Positions 34,480 through 48,837 of a DNA stretch of 64,000 nt are shown piece by piece. How positions within the stretch are numbered: the first letter of the stretch is position 1; every line of letters starts with the position of its first letter. Under the pieces are notes generated by a model, which did not search any database, was not told the origin of the DNA, and worked only from the letters and a program-made list of their open reading frames with translations. The DNA comes from Octopus sinensis. Its lineage: Eukaryota. Location: contig NC_042997.1 of the NCBI RefSeq assembly GCF_006345805.1, positions 61,442,001-61,506,000 of the forward strand, written 5' to 3'. A program made the position numbers and the translations under genes.

Positions 34480-36800
34480 AGTTTGTCTTTTGGATGCAGT
34501 CTAGTATGATTTGTGGGTGTAACAACAGCCATAGCTTTGTGTCATTGATGTGAATAGTACTCTTATGAACAGCAGTCTACTTGAGCTTTGGAGTTTGAAT
34601 TCCTTCCCTATTGTTGATGAGCTAAATAAATATCTGTTATGCATTGGTGTTGATTCATTTGAGTATACCATATCCTCTACTGTGTGGAGTTGTGCCAATG
34701 TAATAATTATTCATCTTCCTATAAATTTTTCATGTGCTTGCAGAATGTTTGGTATTGTTACTATTAACAATAGAAATTTTTCTTTTGCTGCTATTTTGTA
34801 TTTGAATAAGGTTTATCTATGATGTTGTTTTGCATGTCACTGCTGCCTTATTGCTACCAGAAAACAATAGACTATTGACTTTTCTTATGTAACAATGTTA
34901 ATTCTTCAGAACCTCTTCTCATTTTGGCATGTCTCCAATGAAGAGTGTTACATTTATGTATGTATACCTCAAGTATCTAATAGAAATATCTATTAATATT
35001 ATTCAGGAAGTTCTAGTGGATGTTTTTCCTGTACTGAAAATTAAGATTTAAGGTATTTATTCTTGACAGTAGTGAAGCTATCTTGAGTAAATAAATATGA
35101 TTGGAAATAAACTTATATTTATACACTATTATCTTCTTCATATTATTATAAATTATATTTTTATAAGAGTGCTCAGAGTTAAATTCAGAATGAAGATAAC
35201 TTTTACTCATTAGGAAGCTGTTAGCATTATTAAAACCTAAGCTATCATAGAATCTCTCTCCTTGATGAATTGTGTTCCCGTTTTCACAGTGACAAGTTCT
35301 GCTGATTTGAAATGATATGTCTTGTATAGATAGTGAAACAGTCAGTTTGGACCCTTCCACCTGGACAAGTCATACTGTGTTGGTTTTTTTAATCAATTTT
35401 ATTTTATAATCAGTCTGTGATAATTAATCTTCCCATAGCTCTTATTCTTATTTCCCAATTAACCCAATCCTTCTCCCACAGAACTTCAATTCTAGACTGC
35501 TGTCCTATCTCTCATATTTTTCCTGCAGACATTGACCTACATATATTCAAGATCAATATCAAATACATCACTCATAATTGTGTGTTGGTGGTGGAAGGGG
35601 TTGTTATCAGAACTATCTAGCTAGATAATTGCAGGGTTGGAATGAATTATTAATTCAATAGAGGCACTGAGCAAGAAACCAAAATGAACAATTGCTGCTA
35701 TTGGAACTAATATACTTTTGTCTGTCACAAGCTCCATGTTTGCTCTAATTAGCAATCATATTGAACAATTTTTAATTATCCATTATTATACATGCTACAA
35801 AAATGACATAGAAAATGAGTTATTTGTAATCTTTTTGGTAAATATATTTTAAATGTGATCTTTTAAATGTTTTAAGTACACCTTATTGGATTTTATTGGC
35901 TAATTAATTTTGGTTTTCAGTAGAGCATATCAAACAATAATGAATAGGAATTACCTAACAATAGCTGATGGGTTAAATTAATTAAAAATCCTAAAAGTGT
36001 GTATAAGAGCAAGTAATTATTTTTCTAATTAGCTTTATTATTTTTGACATTGATAGAAAGTTTTAATGCTTATGCTTTTTAATTAGAAATATTTAGGACA
36101 GAATTGTTTTGTAAATGTTAAGATTATATAAGTACACTTGTCTGGTAATTGCTAATGATATTAGATATTTTGTGTGGGAGCAAAATGTAGCAGAAGTAGT
36201 TTCTATGAGAACTGACATTGGAATCATGAGGTCTGCTATCCTTAATAAATTCTTGTGGCAAATGAAGGGATATTACAACAAATGATGGGAAATAATGTTT
36301 ATCTGATGGAATGTAGCTGCCTTCTGAAATTGTTGAAATAAGGTTAAGAGAGATAAAGCTTCCGTTATACACAGAGTTGCATAATTTTCAGTATAAGTAG
36401 GCAGAAATACTTAAAATAGTTTTTTGTTCTAGTTTGTGGTCTGCCAGCCTAAGGTATTTAGAAGAGTTTGATACCCTGCCTTTGAAGTATTGGCTTATCA
36501 ATAAGAATTCTTTGATTAAAATATATGTTGCATATAATTAAGCAACACTATGTAACTTATTGCAGGCATTCTGAGTTGCTTTGGTGCCATGAAACTTCTC
36601 TCTATATCTTGAGAATGAACTTAGGAGAGAATAATAATAACTGTAATACCTGCCTGGCTCCAGAGTAAGTGCAATGTGCTGCACTATGCAAGAAATTAAA
36701 TTACCAGTTGGAATAATTCCATGACTCTTACATTGAAAGTTCAACAAACATTCTGCCAGCTATCCATTTACACACATGCATGCATGCACATATGCATGGT
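34480..36800 (-). mobile_element. Highly degraded Penelope-like RT remnant
   Basis: Short minus ORFs resemble PLE motifs: FPSFVVISL (FDV.SLY-like, ~36300), YLHSEFNSEHSYKNII (YLHF.S.HP-like, ~35200), HTVED...GKEFK (pre-GIY-YIG linker-like, ~34650), in the expected order. Weak similarity judged by eye. Confidence 0.4.
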
Positions 36801-37415
36801 TCATTAATGCATATAAAATTCTAGCCTTATTTTTATATTTTGAAGTTATCAGGAATTGTTAGTAGTAAACTTGATTAAGTAGCCAAATGTTTAAGTAGTA
36901 ACTGTAGTAATTGTCTGGAATCTCCTCCTACTTTTTTCCTGACAATTGACATCCATCTGCAAATGTTCAAACTGAAGACTAGCTGCAACAATCTCCAAGT
37001 CTGAAGGACTTACAAAGGTCATGTATACTGATCTTTCCCTAATTGACTGAATAATTTATTTACAAAAAGACAAACAAAACAGCCTGAAAATGCAGTTATA
37101 AAATGATGACAATGATGAATATAATAATGATATATATATCATTATCATCCTTATCATTGTTTTATGTCCACTTTCCACATAGGTTTGGTTCAGTCCTATT
37201 GCATACCACCTTGGGAAAGTGTCTTCTGCTATAGCTCTGGTCTGACCAAAGCTTTATGGGTGGATCTGGTTGATGGAAATTGAAAGAAACCCATCATGTA
37301 TGTATACATATATCATCATCATCATCATCGTCATTGATTAACATCCATTTTCCATGCTGGCATGGGTTGAACAGTTTGACAGGAGCTAGCCAGACTCCAA
37401 TTGTATACTGTGACT

Positions 37416-37466
<51 letters not shown>

Positions 37467-37599
37467 TAAACAGTAAAATTAATTACAGACATGGACAAGA
37501 ACATGAAACACCACAGAGACGACACAAGAACCACAGGACGGGACATTCGAAGCCCTCAGTCATCAGTCAAGAACCAGATCATCTTAGCAATTTCGGCTG

Positions 37600-38285
37600 A
37601 GGCAGGCAGGTGTGTGTGTGTCCCCACCATTACTACTTGACATTTGGTGTCCATTTGTTTACATCCCTGTAATTTAGTGGGTTGCCAAAAGAGACCAATA
37701 GAGAATAAGTACTTAGCTTTAAAATAAGTATGAGGATTGATTTGTTGCACTAAACCCTTCAAGACAGTGTCCCAGTTTGGCTGCAATCCAATGACTGAAA
37801 CAAGTAACAGATAAACAGTGTATATATATATATATATAATTCGCTCATTTGTTTTATGCCTGTTTTTACATGTTAGTATGACTTAGATAAATTACATAAA
37901 TATCATTGAGCCTTTCATGTTCCTAACTCTCACCTGTTTTACAGCCAAAGGATTCTTTTCATTCTACACATTTTTAAAAGTGCAGAGCTAGTGGCTGATT
38001 TGTTGACAGGGTTCTACAACTAACTTTACTATTTCTAACTCACTGTTTTCTCATGCAAATTCTAATATTCACTCAGATACATGTGTGCACTCCCTTCTTC
38101 TCTACACACACACGCACACATGATGAACTTTGTACAGTTTCCATTTACAAGATGCATCTCCTAGGCATTGATTGGCCCAGGGCTACAGTAGAAGATACTT
38201 GCCCAAGATACTGCACAGGGATACTTTGTCTGAAACCACCTGGTTGAGAAGTAATATTTTTCATCACGCAGCCACTTCTCTCTCT

Positions 38286-38374
<89 letters not shown>

Positions 38375-39079
38375 GTTGTAGGTAGGTAGGCAGGCAGGTG
38401 TGTGTGTGTCCCCACCATTACTACTTGACATTTGGTGTCCATTTGTTTACATCCCTGTAATTTAGTGGGTTGCCAAAAGAGACCAATAGAGAATAAGTAC
38501 TTAGCTTTAAAATAAGTATGAGGATTGATTTGTTGCACTAAACCCTTCAAGACAGTGTCCCAGTTTGGCTGCAATCCAATGACTGAAACAAGTAACAGAT
38601 AAACAGTGTATATATATATATATATATAATTCGCTCATTTGTTTTATGCCTGTTTTTACATGTTAGTATGACTTAGATAAATTACATAAATATCATTGAG
38701 CCTTTCATGTTCCTAACCCTCACCTGTTTTACAGCCAAAGGATTCTTTTCATTCTACACATTTTTAAAAGTGCAGAGCTAGTGGCTGATTTGTTGACAGG
38801 GTTCTACAACTAACTTTACTATTTCTAACTCACTGTTTTCTCATGCAAATTCTAATATTCACTCAGATACATGTGTGCACTCCCTTCTTCTCTACACACA
38901 CACGCACACATGATGAACTTTGTACAGTTTCCATTTACAAGATGCATCTCCTAGGCATTGATTGGCCCAGGGCTACAGTAGAAGATACTTGCCCAAGATA
39001 CTGCACAGGGATACTTTGTCTGAAACCACCTGGTTGAGAAGTAATATTCTTCATCACGCAGCCACTTCTCTCTCTCTCT

Positions 39080-39117
<38 letters not shown>
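37600..39117. repeat. Recent tandem duplication, ~790-bp unit, 2 copies
   Basis: 37600-~38340 and 38388-~39117 nearly identical; ORF pairs 38053/38843 are identical with offset 790; two substitutions seen outside the microsatellites. Confidence 0.95.
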
Positions 39118-39242
39118 CGGTTCTGAGTTCAGTCCCACTGCATAGTGCTTTGGGCAAGTGTTTTCTGCTGTAGCCTCATACCAGCCAAAGCCTTGTGAGT
39201 GGATTTGCTAGACAGAAACTAAAACAAGCCCATTGTGTGAGT

Positions 39243-41105
39243 ATCATCATCATCATCATCGTTTAACGTCCGCTTTCCATGCTAGCATGGGTTGGACGGT
39301 TCAACTGGGGTCTGGCAAGCCCGAAGGCTGCACCAGGCCAGTCAGATCTGGCAGTGTTTCTACAGCTGGATGCCCTTCCTAACGCCAACCACTCCGAGAG
39401 TGTAGTGGGTGATTTTATGTGCCACCGACACAGGTGCCAGACGAGGCTGGCAGACGGCCACGCTCGGATGGTGTTTTTTTTGTGCCACCGACACAGGTGC
39501 CAGATGAGGCTGGCAGACGGCCACGCTCGGATGGTGTTTTTTATGTGCCACCGACACAGGTGCCAGACGAGGCTGGCAGACGGCCACGCTCGGATGGTGT
39601 TTTCTTATGTGTCACCGGCACAGGTGCCAGACGAGGCTGGCGAACGGCCACGCTTGGATGGTGTTTGTTACGTGCCCTCAGCACGGAGGCCAGTCGATGC
39701 GGTACTGGCTACGGTCACGTTCAGATGGTTTTCTTATGTGCCACCGGCACTGGTACCATAAAGGATACAAATAGGATACAAATTCCATTGATGTACATCT
39801 ATTTTGATTTGGTTTTGATTTTGATTTTCACTTGCCTCAACAGGTCTTCTCAAGTGTCACAATAAGGAAGGTATGCACAGGTGGACTGACTACGTCCCAG
39901 GTAGGGGCCACGGGATATGGCTTCACTAGTCTTGCCGGGTCTTCTCACGCACAGCATACTTCCATAGGTCTCGGTCTCTAGTCATTTCCATGGTGAGACC
40001 TAACGTCCGAAGGTTGTGCTTTACCACCTCGTCCCAGGTTTTCCTGGGTCTACCTCTTCCACAGGTTCCCTCAACTGCTAGGGATTGGCACTTTCTCACA
40101 CACCTATCTTCATCCATTCTCGCCACATGACCATACCAGCGCAATCGTCTCTCTTGCACACCACAACTGATGCTTCTTAGGTACAGCATTTCTCTCAAGG
40201 TACTAACGCTCTGTCGAGTAAGTACACTGACATTACACATCCATTGGAGCATACTGGCTTCATTCCTCACGAGCTTACGCATGTCCTCAGCAGTCACGGC
40301 CCATGTTTCACTGCCATGTACCATAGCTGTTCGTACACATGCATCGTACAGTCTGCCTTTTACTCTGAGCGAGAGGCCTTTAGTCACCAGCAGAGGTAAG
40401 AGCTCCCTAAACTTTGCCCAGGCTATTCTTATTCTAGCAGTTACACTTTCAGCGCACCCACCCCCACTACTGACTTGGTCACCTAGATAGCGGAAGCTAT
40501 CAACTACTTCTAGTTTTTCCCCCCGGAAAGTGACGGAAGTTGTTTTCTGCAGATTTTCGGAGGTCAATGCTCCCGAGCATCTGCCACATACAAAAACTAT
40601 CTTCCCAGTTAGCCTACCTTTGACATTGCTGCACCTCTTATGTGTCCATAGCTTACACTGGGTACATCTTATAGAGTTTCTACCTACACCTTTTCTACAG
40701 ATCGAGCAGGGCCATCTTCCTGAGGATATTTGTGGATTGTCTACCTTTCTACTTATTGGTACTTTGGTTTTAGCTAGGTTGACTCTAAGGCCCCTCGATT
40801 CTAAACCCTCCTTCCACACCTGGAACTTCTGCTCCAGTTCTGATAGTGACTCAGCAATTAGAGCGAGGTCGTCAGCATAGAGGAGCTCCCAGGGGCAGCC
40901 TGTCTTGAATTCCTCCACAATTGCCTGGAGGACTATGATAAATAGGAGGGGGCTGAGTACTGAACCCTGGTGGACCCCAACCTCTACTTTGAATTCTTCT
41001 GTGTACATGTTGCCAACCCTAACCTTACTTACGGCATCTCTGTACATGGCTTGCACAGCCCTCACCAGCCATTCATCTATCCCTAGTTTCCTCATTGACC
41101 ACCAG
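39243..41105 (-). mobile_element. 5'-truncated RTE LINE (copy 3), inserted into a SINE
   Basis: Uninterrupted ORF 39926-41119 (GVHQGSVLSP, LLYADD, PHD-like finger, GRGRPRKTW); 3'UTR with four ~57-60 bp repeats and (GAT)n tail. Confidence 0.97.
39926..41105 (-). CDS. RTE RT C-terminal half + PHD-like finger (truncated, frame intact)
   Basis: 397-aa ORF nearly identical to the reconstructed copy 1 protein. Confidence 0.93.
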
Positions 41106-41179
41106 TGTGAACATGCCATCTTTAAGATAGCATGTTTTACACTGGTTTGATGTCATTGTATCACTAATCCCTATAGTGT

Positions 41180-41392
41180 AAGTATACTTGCATACCAGCC
41201 TCCCTTCTCCATGCACTGATGTTATCCAGTGATGTCACAACTCATTTCTACAGCTGAGTAAACTGGAGCATTGTGAAATAAAGTGTCTTACTCAAAAACA
41301 CAACACACAGCCCAGTCCTGGAATTGAACTCACTACCTCATGATTATGAGCCCAGTGTTCTAACCACTGAGCCATGCACTTTCACATTATAC
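41180..41392 (-). mobile_element. tRNA-derived SINE (second family)
   Basis: Reverse complement GCATGGCTCAGTGGTTAG...GAGTTCAATTCC...GTAAGACACTTTATTTCAC...CAGCTGTAGAAATGAG. Confidence 0.8.
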
Positions 41393-42074
41393 AAGGATAC
41401 ACACATGCACACATTGTAATTCTGTTTCTCTGTTCTACTTGTAAATGCATCATCTTCACTACATATACATGTATGCACTTGTATCCCATACATAAACCAC
41501 ATGCATTTTGCACTGATAACTAAAATATTCAATGATCACTTTGAAATTAAATCTACTTTTCACATCTGTCCTGGGTATATTATCAGCTTTGTATATTGAC
41601 TTGTTCATAGATATCACATGTCCAGACTAGCGCTCCCGTATCTCTGGTGCCCAACATCTGTTTCCTGTAAAAAGTATCAGATGTCCAGCTACTTTTTTTT
41701 AGTTCTCTTGTGATTTACTAATGCCAAACTGATTTATGAAAATTACAATTCACTAATAAAAAAAATGTACTTTGTGCTATGATTAGTTTAATATTAATAT
41801 CAACTGTAAATCAATACAAATTCAACAACCAAATTTGGTAAACTCATAGATGTAAGATTAATAAAAGCAACAGTGTAAACAAACTAGGCAAATTGTAATG
41901 TAAGTTGAAATTTAGCCAAAAGATCTTGAATCACTTAAATATCCAAAGACTGGGTGAAAATCAATTTTCTTTTAATGTCTAAGGTTAGAGGAGGAAGAGC
42001 AACATCCATGATTCTTTCCAAAACCACTGAGCTCAGTAGGAAAAAGAGAGAAACAAGGCTGGGTGGTGATATAA

Positions 42075-42425
42075 AACCATTGACTGTGTGGTAAGAAGCT
42101 TGCTTCCCAACCACGTGATTCCAGGTTCAGTGTCTTGGGCAAGCGTCTTGGGCAAGCCTTGTGAGTGGATTTGGTAGACAGAAACTGAAAGAAGCTTGTC
42201 GTATGTGTGTGTGTGCGTGCCTGTGTTTGTCCCCCACCATCAATTGACAACCAATGTTGGTGTGTTTATGTCCCCATAACTTAGCTTAGTTCAGCAAAAG
42301 AGATTGATAGAATAAGTACTAGGCTTACAAAGAATAAGTCCTGGGGTCGATTTGTTCAACTGAAGGCAGTGCTCCAGCATGGCCACAGTCAAATGGCTGA
42401 AACAGGTAAAAGAATAAAAGAAAGA
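42075..42425 (+). mobile_element. CORE/OR-like SINE
   Basis: GTGTGGTAAGAAGCTTGCTTCCCAACCAC...GGTTCAG...CTTGGGCAAG...GAAACAGGTAAAAGAATAAAAG. Confidence 0.85.
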
Positions 42426-42944
42426 ATGGTTTAAGTCTATTACCCAAGAACAGCTACAGTTCCTTTGTCTGGAACTTAAGAAGACACTTGCCCAGATGTT
42501 AAGCAGAGGGAAACAAACTCTAAATCATGTAGAGATGCAAAGCAAACTTCATAGCCACACCACCATGCCTGAATCCATCTGTGAAATCTATCAATGAAAT
42601 GAGCTTATGTTAGGAGGTTAGATTCATCATTCATTCATCATCAGTTTCTGTCACTTTGTCCATATTGGTATGGGTTGGGTGGTTTGACAGGATCTGATGA
42701 GTTAGATTGCTGCACCAACCTTCAATGTCTGCTTTGGCATGTTTTTTTTATTGCTGGATTGCCCTCCTAATGTCAACCACTTTACACAGTGTGCTGGGTG
42801 CTTTTTTGTGGCAACAGTACTAGTGAAATAACCAGGTGATTTGCAAGGCAAGATCCCTCAAATGGGTAGGGTATATTGTTGAAGGATGTGAAAGTATGAC
42901 AGGACAGAAACAGGTGTCTTGCTGAACAAGTGAATACATGTCAA

Positions 42945-43242
42945 TATATCCTGTGCCGGTGGCATGGAAAAAGCACCATCTGAATGTAGCTGATGCCAGT
43001 GCTGCCTGACTGGCGTCCATGTCGGTGACAAGTAAAAAGCACCAATCAATCGTGGCTGTTTGCCAGCCTCCTCTGGCTCCTGTGCCGGTGGCACGTAAAA
43101 AGCACCCACTACACTCACGGTATCAGGAAGGGCATCCAGCTGTAGAGACTAGAACCTGGCGCAGCCTCCTGGCTTCCCAGACCATGGTTGAACTGTCCAA
43201 ACCATGCTAGCATGGAAAATGGACATTAAACGATGATGATGA
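42945..43242 (+). mobile_element. Solo RTE 3' tail
   Basis: GGCACGTAAAAAGCACCCACTACAC...CCATGCTAGCATGG...AAAC(GAT)n. Confidence 0.85.
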
Positions 43243-43496
43243 TATTCTTTTGTTTATACACACACAGTGGGCTTCCCTAATTCCCTCACAAGGCATTGGT
43301 CAGTCTGAGCCTATAGTAGAAGACACTTGACCATGGAACCAGACAGTTAGATTGAACCCAGATCATGTGGCTTTGAAGTGACCCTCTTAACCACACAATT
43401 GTACTTGCACTGTATGTGTATGTGTGTGTGTGTGTGGTGTGTGTGTGTGTGTGTGTGTGCGTGTGTGCGTGCGTGCGTCTGTGCGTGCACATGTGT

Positions 43497-43810
43497 GAAG
43501 GTACATGACTTAATGGTTGGAGTATTTGATTCTTGATCATAAGGTCATGAGCTCAATACCTGGTAGCACATTGTATCCTTGAGCAAGATGCTTTATTTCA
43601 CATTGCTCCTGTTCATTCAGCTGGTAAAAATGAGTAGTGTCTGTAATTCACAGGGCCAGCCTTGTCACATTTTGTGTCATGCTGAATCTCCCTGAGAATT
43701 ACATTAAGGGTACACATGTCTGTGGAGTGCTTAGCCACTTGCACATTAATTTCAACAGCAGGCCATTCCATTGATTGGATCAACTGGAGCCGTCATTGCT
43801 GTCATCAACA
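43497..43810 (+). mobile_element. tRNA-derived SINE (head and centre related to the 31678 family, different tail)
   Basis: Decayed A/B boxes, CTTGAGCAAGATGCTTTATTTCACATTGCTCCTGTTCATTCAGCTG. Confidence 0.7.
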
Positions 43811-46669
43811 AACTGCCGATTATATATATATATATATATATATAATCGTTGTCAGCATATCACAGGTCTGAGAAAGAAGCACACTCTAAAGTAATGTATT
43901 TATAAGTAGTTGAGTATATATCCAGTCATAGAGTGATCAATGGTTTCACAGCCATAAGGCACTGAGCCCTATGGACAAGCAGTAAAACCTTAATGGCAAA
44001 GGGCATATACTTCTTCAAACTGGAGGTAGAAATCTGTTTTACACGTGCACACACACACAGAGGATTTTGTTAAAGACATAAACTATACTCTGATTTGAGA
44101 TGTGTTTGTGAGAGTTCCTAATGTTGTTATTGCTTTAGATGTAGTTCATCATTGATCTAAGAAATTTGTGACCAACGCATGCCAACCATGATCATCTTAT
44201 TTTTGTTATTTTGTTCCTGATACAATGTATCTAAGACTATATCTAGTAAGGATTTTTTTTTTTTTTTAAGATTGAATGGTGTAGTAGAGAAAGGTTTGGT
44301 TGCTATATCTAATAGGTCAAAGAGGCTTCATTATAAGATTATATGAAATAGCTTGCTATGTGAGTTTTTATATCTCTATGTGTACAAGACTTTTTCCACC
44401 TCTGTGTAATAGTAATATACTTGAGGATTATGAGACTGCTCTAGATGTGTATTGATCTTTTTGATCTAAACTTTGTGGGATCATATATTGATAGTAATAA
44501 TGTTTATGTTTTAAATTGATTTCTTACAGTTTATATGTTTTGCTTTAATACATAAAAATTCACACACAGTTTTGTAACAATTCTTTGATAGTATTTTTTT
44601 TACATGACAAACAAGAACTATACAGAATTCAGGTATATACCAATTTATATTAGGGTAAAATGGTAAATACGAGTGCTGTTTTATCTTACTATCTGCCTAT
44701 TAATGGAATATGTACAGCTACACACACAACAACAACAACACACATTCTTGCACCAATGAACTCCACTCCTACATACACACATATACATATTGGTTTGTTG
44801 GCAGTCAGTTGATGCATGTCAGATATAATAAGACTCATGGATAGACTGGCAGGGAATCAACTATTTAAGCATAATTGTATGACTATCAGTAAACAGGTGA
44901 GGACTCTGAGCTATAAAAATTGATGTATGTACACAACATCTAACTTTTTGTGTGTAATATTTGCTATAAGTGTTTGCAAGGCTGGCCCATATATAAAGGA
45001 AGACATGTAGGCATAAAAAATCACAGCAAGGGTAGTTAAATATACAGGGGAAATGAAAATGAATCCATACTGATCTATTAAACATCCATATGTAAGAGAA
45101 TAAAATAGAAGTTATAAATTGATGTAAACTGAAAGAGAAAGACAGGAAAATTATTTTTTGATTTTATATAAGTTATGATAATGAAAGAAAATCTCCATTT
45201 TACAAAGAGATTGACATTTTGGGCAAATAACTCAATAATTGACCTTTAATTTTTGTTTCACTGAAATGTTTGCAAGTTTAAGTTTTCTCTTTTAGATGCA
45301 ACATTGGCCTCAGTTTCAGAAGTCATTAGAAAGTATGCAGTAATTCTTATGTGTAAATCGAAAAGCAAACGTTATCACTAGAAGGTAGTTCTGCTTTTTA
45401 ATGATACATGGAAGAGACAGTATCTGTATGTTCACTGAAAATTTAATTTATAGTTATGAAAATTTCTAGCTTTGTGTAATTCATTTAATTAAATTCTAAA
45501 ATATCAAATATTTGCCTATGTGTTTATCAAAATTTAGGAACTTCTGCTGAAAAGTTATGGGTCCATATATCATCACTGGTATTGCTGATACACAATTTAA
45601 TTCTTAATCAAGAATTAAGTGGTGCATTAGATGGTTCAAGTCTTATTAATTATTAATAAATACCACTTATAAATATCATTTACTGTTTCTTCGTATGAGC
45701 TCACTAAGTTCAATGGCAGACACTCCAACGGACAAACATTGACTAAACCTCTCAGCCATATGCATCAATTTGACCATTGGATATGAGCCCTGTTTCAGAT
45801 TACTCACAAACATCCATTCTCAGATGAATATTTCACTTTATCATATGGAATTCTTCAATAATTTTCTTTGGAAGCATTGACATAATTTGTGAATCCATAA
45901 ATATTACTTTGTTACAGAAAATAGTCTAAAAAAAATGTATATCACTGAAACCTATGAAGTGCATTGATATCTCATTAGATGTAGTTGGAACTTATTTATG
46001 TCACTCCATCTTATTTAGGTCACTCAAATAGTGATGGTAATGATTGAAGAAAGTTGTAGCTAGAGTAAAAAATAAGTATAAGATGTTATTTATCTTTAAA
46101 TCAGTCCTGATCAAGGATAAACATGTATGGTTTGCTGGTAGTTATTGGAATGAACAGGTGCAATTCATAGACCCATTGTCCCAAATATGAAGTGGTTTAT
46201 TGTATGGTGAAGTGTGGCAACACTAGCTTATTTTCCTTTCTACATTCAAGTTTTTTTTTTATTATTTTGTATGGTCTATGTTCTGTTGGTAGCCTCAGTA
46301 GAGACATAACTTATTTATAGTGTGTCAATTGCTGTTGCTCTGCACTTACCTTTCATAATGTGCATCACAACAGTGTTTAGGTTATGCTCCTTGCATGTCC
46401 AGTTAGTCTATTATTATAAGTATTTTGTTGTTTAGCTGATCCATGAGCATCCTATAATGATATGAAGTATGCTTTTTTGGGCAATTTTTTTAGTTTGTTA
46501 TGGTTTGATTTGAAGAAACAAGGCCCCTAGGTTAGACTGGTCATTATACATGATGGATCTAAAGCATTGTTTTTGTTTGTACTCTAGTGTTAATTCTTTC
46601 TTTGTTGACATAGAGCAAAGAGTAAATGTAGGGGTTTTTTTAACAGGAATGCTGTTAACAGAGCCCAGT

Positions 46670-47120
46670 TAACTGTCACATGTGAACATGGTGGGGACCT
46701 GAGAATCCACATATCAGGGAAGAAAGTCTTGATAATGTACCAGGAGTTTCAGTATGGAACAGCTTATCATCAAAAAAATTAATTGGACCCTTCTTTTTGA
46801 TGGTACTGTGACTGGTCCCATTTACTTGAAACTTGCAGCAACAATCTGTCCTGCCAAGCATTCAAGAGGACTTTGAAGATGTGGAGTTTATTTCCAGCAA
46901 GATGGGGTACACTCATGTGACAATGGTAATCCTTGATGGGATTTTGTCAAATTGGTGGCTTGGACAAATAGATTCTGTAGAATGCCTTGCATATTCACTG
47001 GATATTGCACCCTTAGTCTTTTTTGTGATGATACTTAAAAGATGAAGTTTACTGTATAAAGCCTTTACCAGTCAATGAATTTGGGGCAGTCATTGAATGA
47101 AAATACACATCAATACTAAA
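46670..47120 (+). pseudogene. Tc1/mariner-superfamily transposase fragment
   Basis: WGPENPH, VSVW..LSS..LIGPFFF/DGTVTG, FQQDG, S.DI.PL.FF, with frameshifts. Confidence 0.75.
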
Positions 47121-47770
47121 TTAAATGTTTTTTGATGTTTGTGATTCTATTGCTTTGTGGTATCAGCAGTACCTGGACTGAAACACTCATCAGTTTGAAA
47201 ACAGGTGTTCACAGAAAAAAATTTTTTTAAATTTAACTGTCTGTAGATTCTGTTAAATTTAAAAAAAAAACACATTTTAACAAACTCTAACTTTATAATC
47301 ATTCAGTGTGTGTATACATCCTTTTGGGAATACCCTGTGCATGTGTGTGTGTATGTAATATATATATATAAATGTATGTATATTGGAAAAAAAGTAATAT
47401 GACTAAAATTTCTTTCACTAGTAAAGTAGCTTTATAGTTATTCTTTTGATTGTTTACAGAATTCAAAACTGATCATTATTCAAATATGAAAGGAGATTTT
47501 CCCATTATGTTTATTTTTTACTTTGATCATTTGGCTTGAAATCAATTGGTTTGCAACATTGATTTTCACTTTCCCAGTAAAACAGGAAAATAAAGTCAAA
47601 CACTGAAATAAACTGCACAGGTATTATATTCAGTACTGTTATGGGTATATAACAATTGAATAATTAGATTAAGCAACATTGGTAGAGTGATAGAAGTATT
47701 CCTTAAAGCTGTATGCAGTAATTAGGCCATGTTATGTTCTGAGTCTAAATTTCATTAAAATTAACTAAGA

Positions 47771-48027
47771 TGGTGGTTCTCAACCTTTTTTTGGGTATGA
47801 ACTCCTTTGATTTCTATTCTACTCTTCTGGACCCTAATAAGCATTCAATGTTTAAAAAAGTCCCATTATATTTTTATAGTTAAATATTATTTGGAATTCT
47901 ATTAAAAATTTTTTTTAAATATTTTGTGTATTGTAGAAATATAACCATTTTATTGCTGCATAAATTTTAGCAGCAAAATCTTATGTGAAACCCCAAGGGC
48001 CATATGGACCCTGGTTGAGAACTTCTG
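47771..48027. mobile_element. hAT-like MITE
   Basis: Imperfect TIRs GTGGTTCTCAACC ... GGTTGAGAACTTCTG. Confidence 0.55.
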
Positions 48028-48629
48028 CCCTAAGGTGTAATAAAACCAGTACCAGTAATTCATTGAGATTGATTCAGATGACTGTGTCCTCTTCTCTACA
48101 ATTGTTTGGCCTAGTACTGAACATTGAAATCAATATTTAGCTCATATAATCACAGTGATATATCCTCTGCTGGCTTTAGGTGACAAATAGGATAGAGGAG
48201 AGATGTTGAATTACTGTACAAATTTGTTTTTATTTTGGTTTAGCACATTAGATAGTCTGTCATTTAGGCTGCATTACAGTAAACTTATTGTCTGTGAGAG
48301 GGAAAATTGATCTCATCGGAGAATCCTCACAGTTTACTGTCTGACTATTATTGTAATTATACAAATCCAAGATTTATTGTGTAATTTTCTTCTGCTATTA
48401 TCGTGACTTCCACCACTGCTGTTGTTGTTATTGTCATCATCATCATCATCATCACCATTGTTGTGGCCACCACCACTACCACCACCACTTCCATTACTGT
48501 TGTAATCATTATTGTTGTTGTCACCACCATTACTACCATTGTCATTGTCATCACTTTCTCTCTGTCATAGTCATCGTGAACAGTAAATACAGAAAACAAC
48601 AACTGTTGTGCTTTGATCTAGTCCACCCT

Positions 48630-48837
48630 TTTCTATGCTAGGCACAAGGCCCGAAATTTTGGGGGAGTGGACCAGTCGATTAGATTGACACCAGTACACA
48701 ACTGGTACTTAATTTATTGACCCCGAAAGGATGAAAGGCAAAGTCGACCTCGGCGGAATTTGAACTCAGAATGTAAAGACGAAATACCGCTAAGCATTTT
48801 GCCCAGCATGCCAACGTTTCTGCCAGCTCACTGCCTT
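48630..48837 (-). mobile_element. tRNA-derived SINE (Meta-domain-like) with ~19-bp target-site duplication
   Basis: Minus strand GAGCTGGCAGAAACGTT...GTTCAAATTCCGCCGAGGTCGACTTTGCCTTTCATCCTTTCGGGGTC; flanks CTTTGATCTAGTCCACCCT (48611-48629) and CTTTGATCTAGTCTACCCT (48835-48853). Confidence 0.85.

Noticed and set aside
37520-37600. CUGAUGA and GAAA on the minus strand of the PLE-like fragment
   Set aside because: No consistent stems I-III could be built in any hammerhead topology.
39829-39856. Hammerhead reading of CUGUUGA-GGCAAGU-GAAA in the RTE 3'UTR
   Set aside because: Stem II cannot form, the core differs in copies 1 and 2, and the conserved pairing is the alternative CTTG/CAAG stem.
45296-45640. 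Plus-strand acceptor-like sites and short open frames
   Set aside because: No coherent frame or recognisable domain.
48357-48602. Met/Val/Thr-rich ORF
   Set aside because: (CAT)/(CAC)/(GTT) trinucleotide low-complexity sequence.
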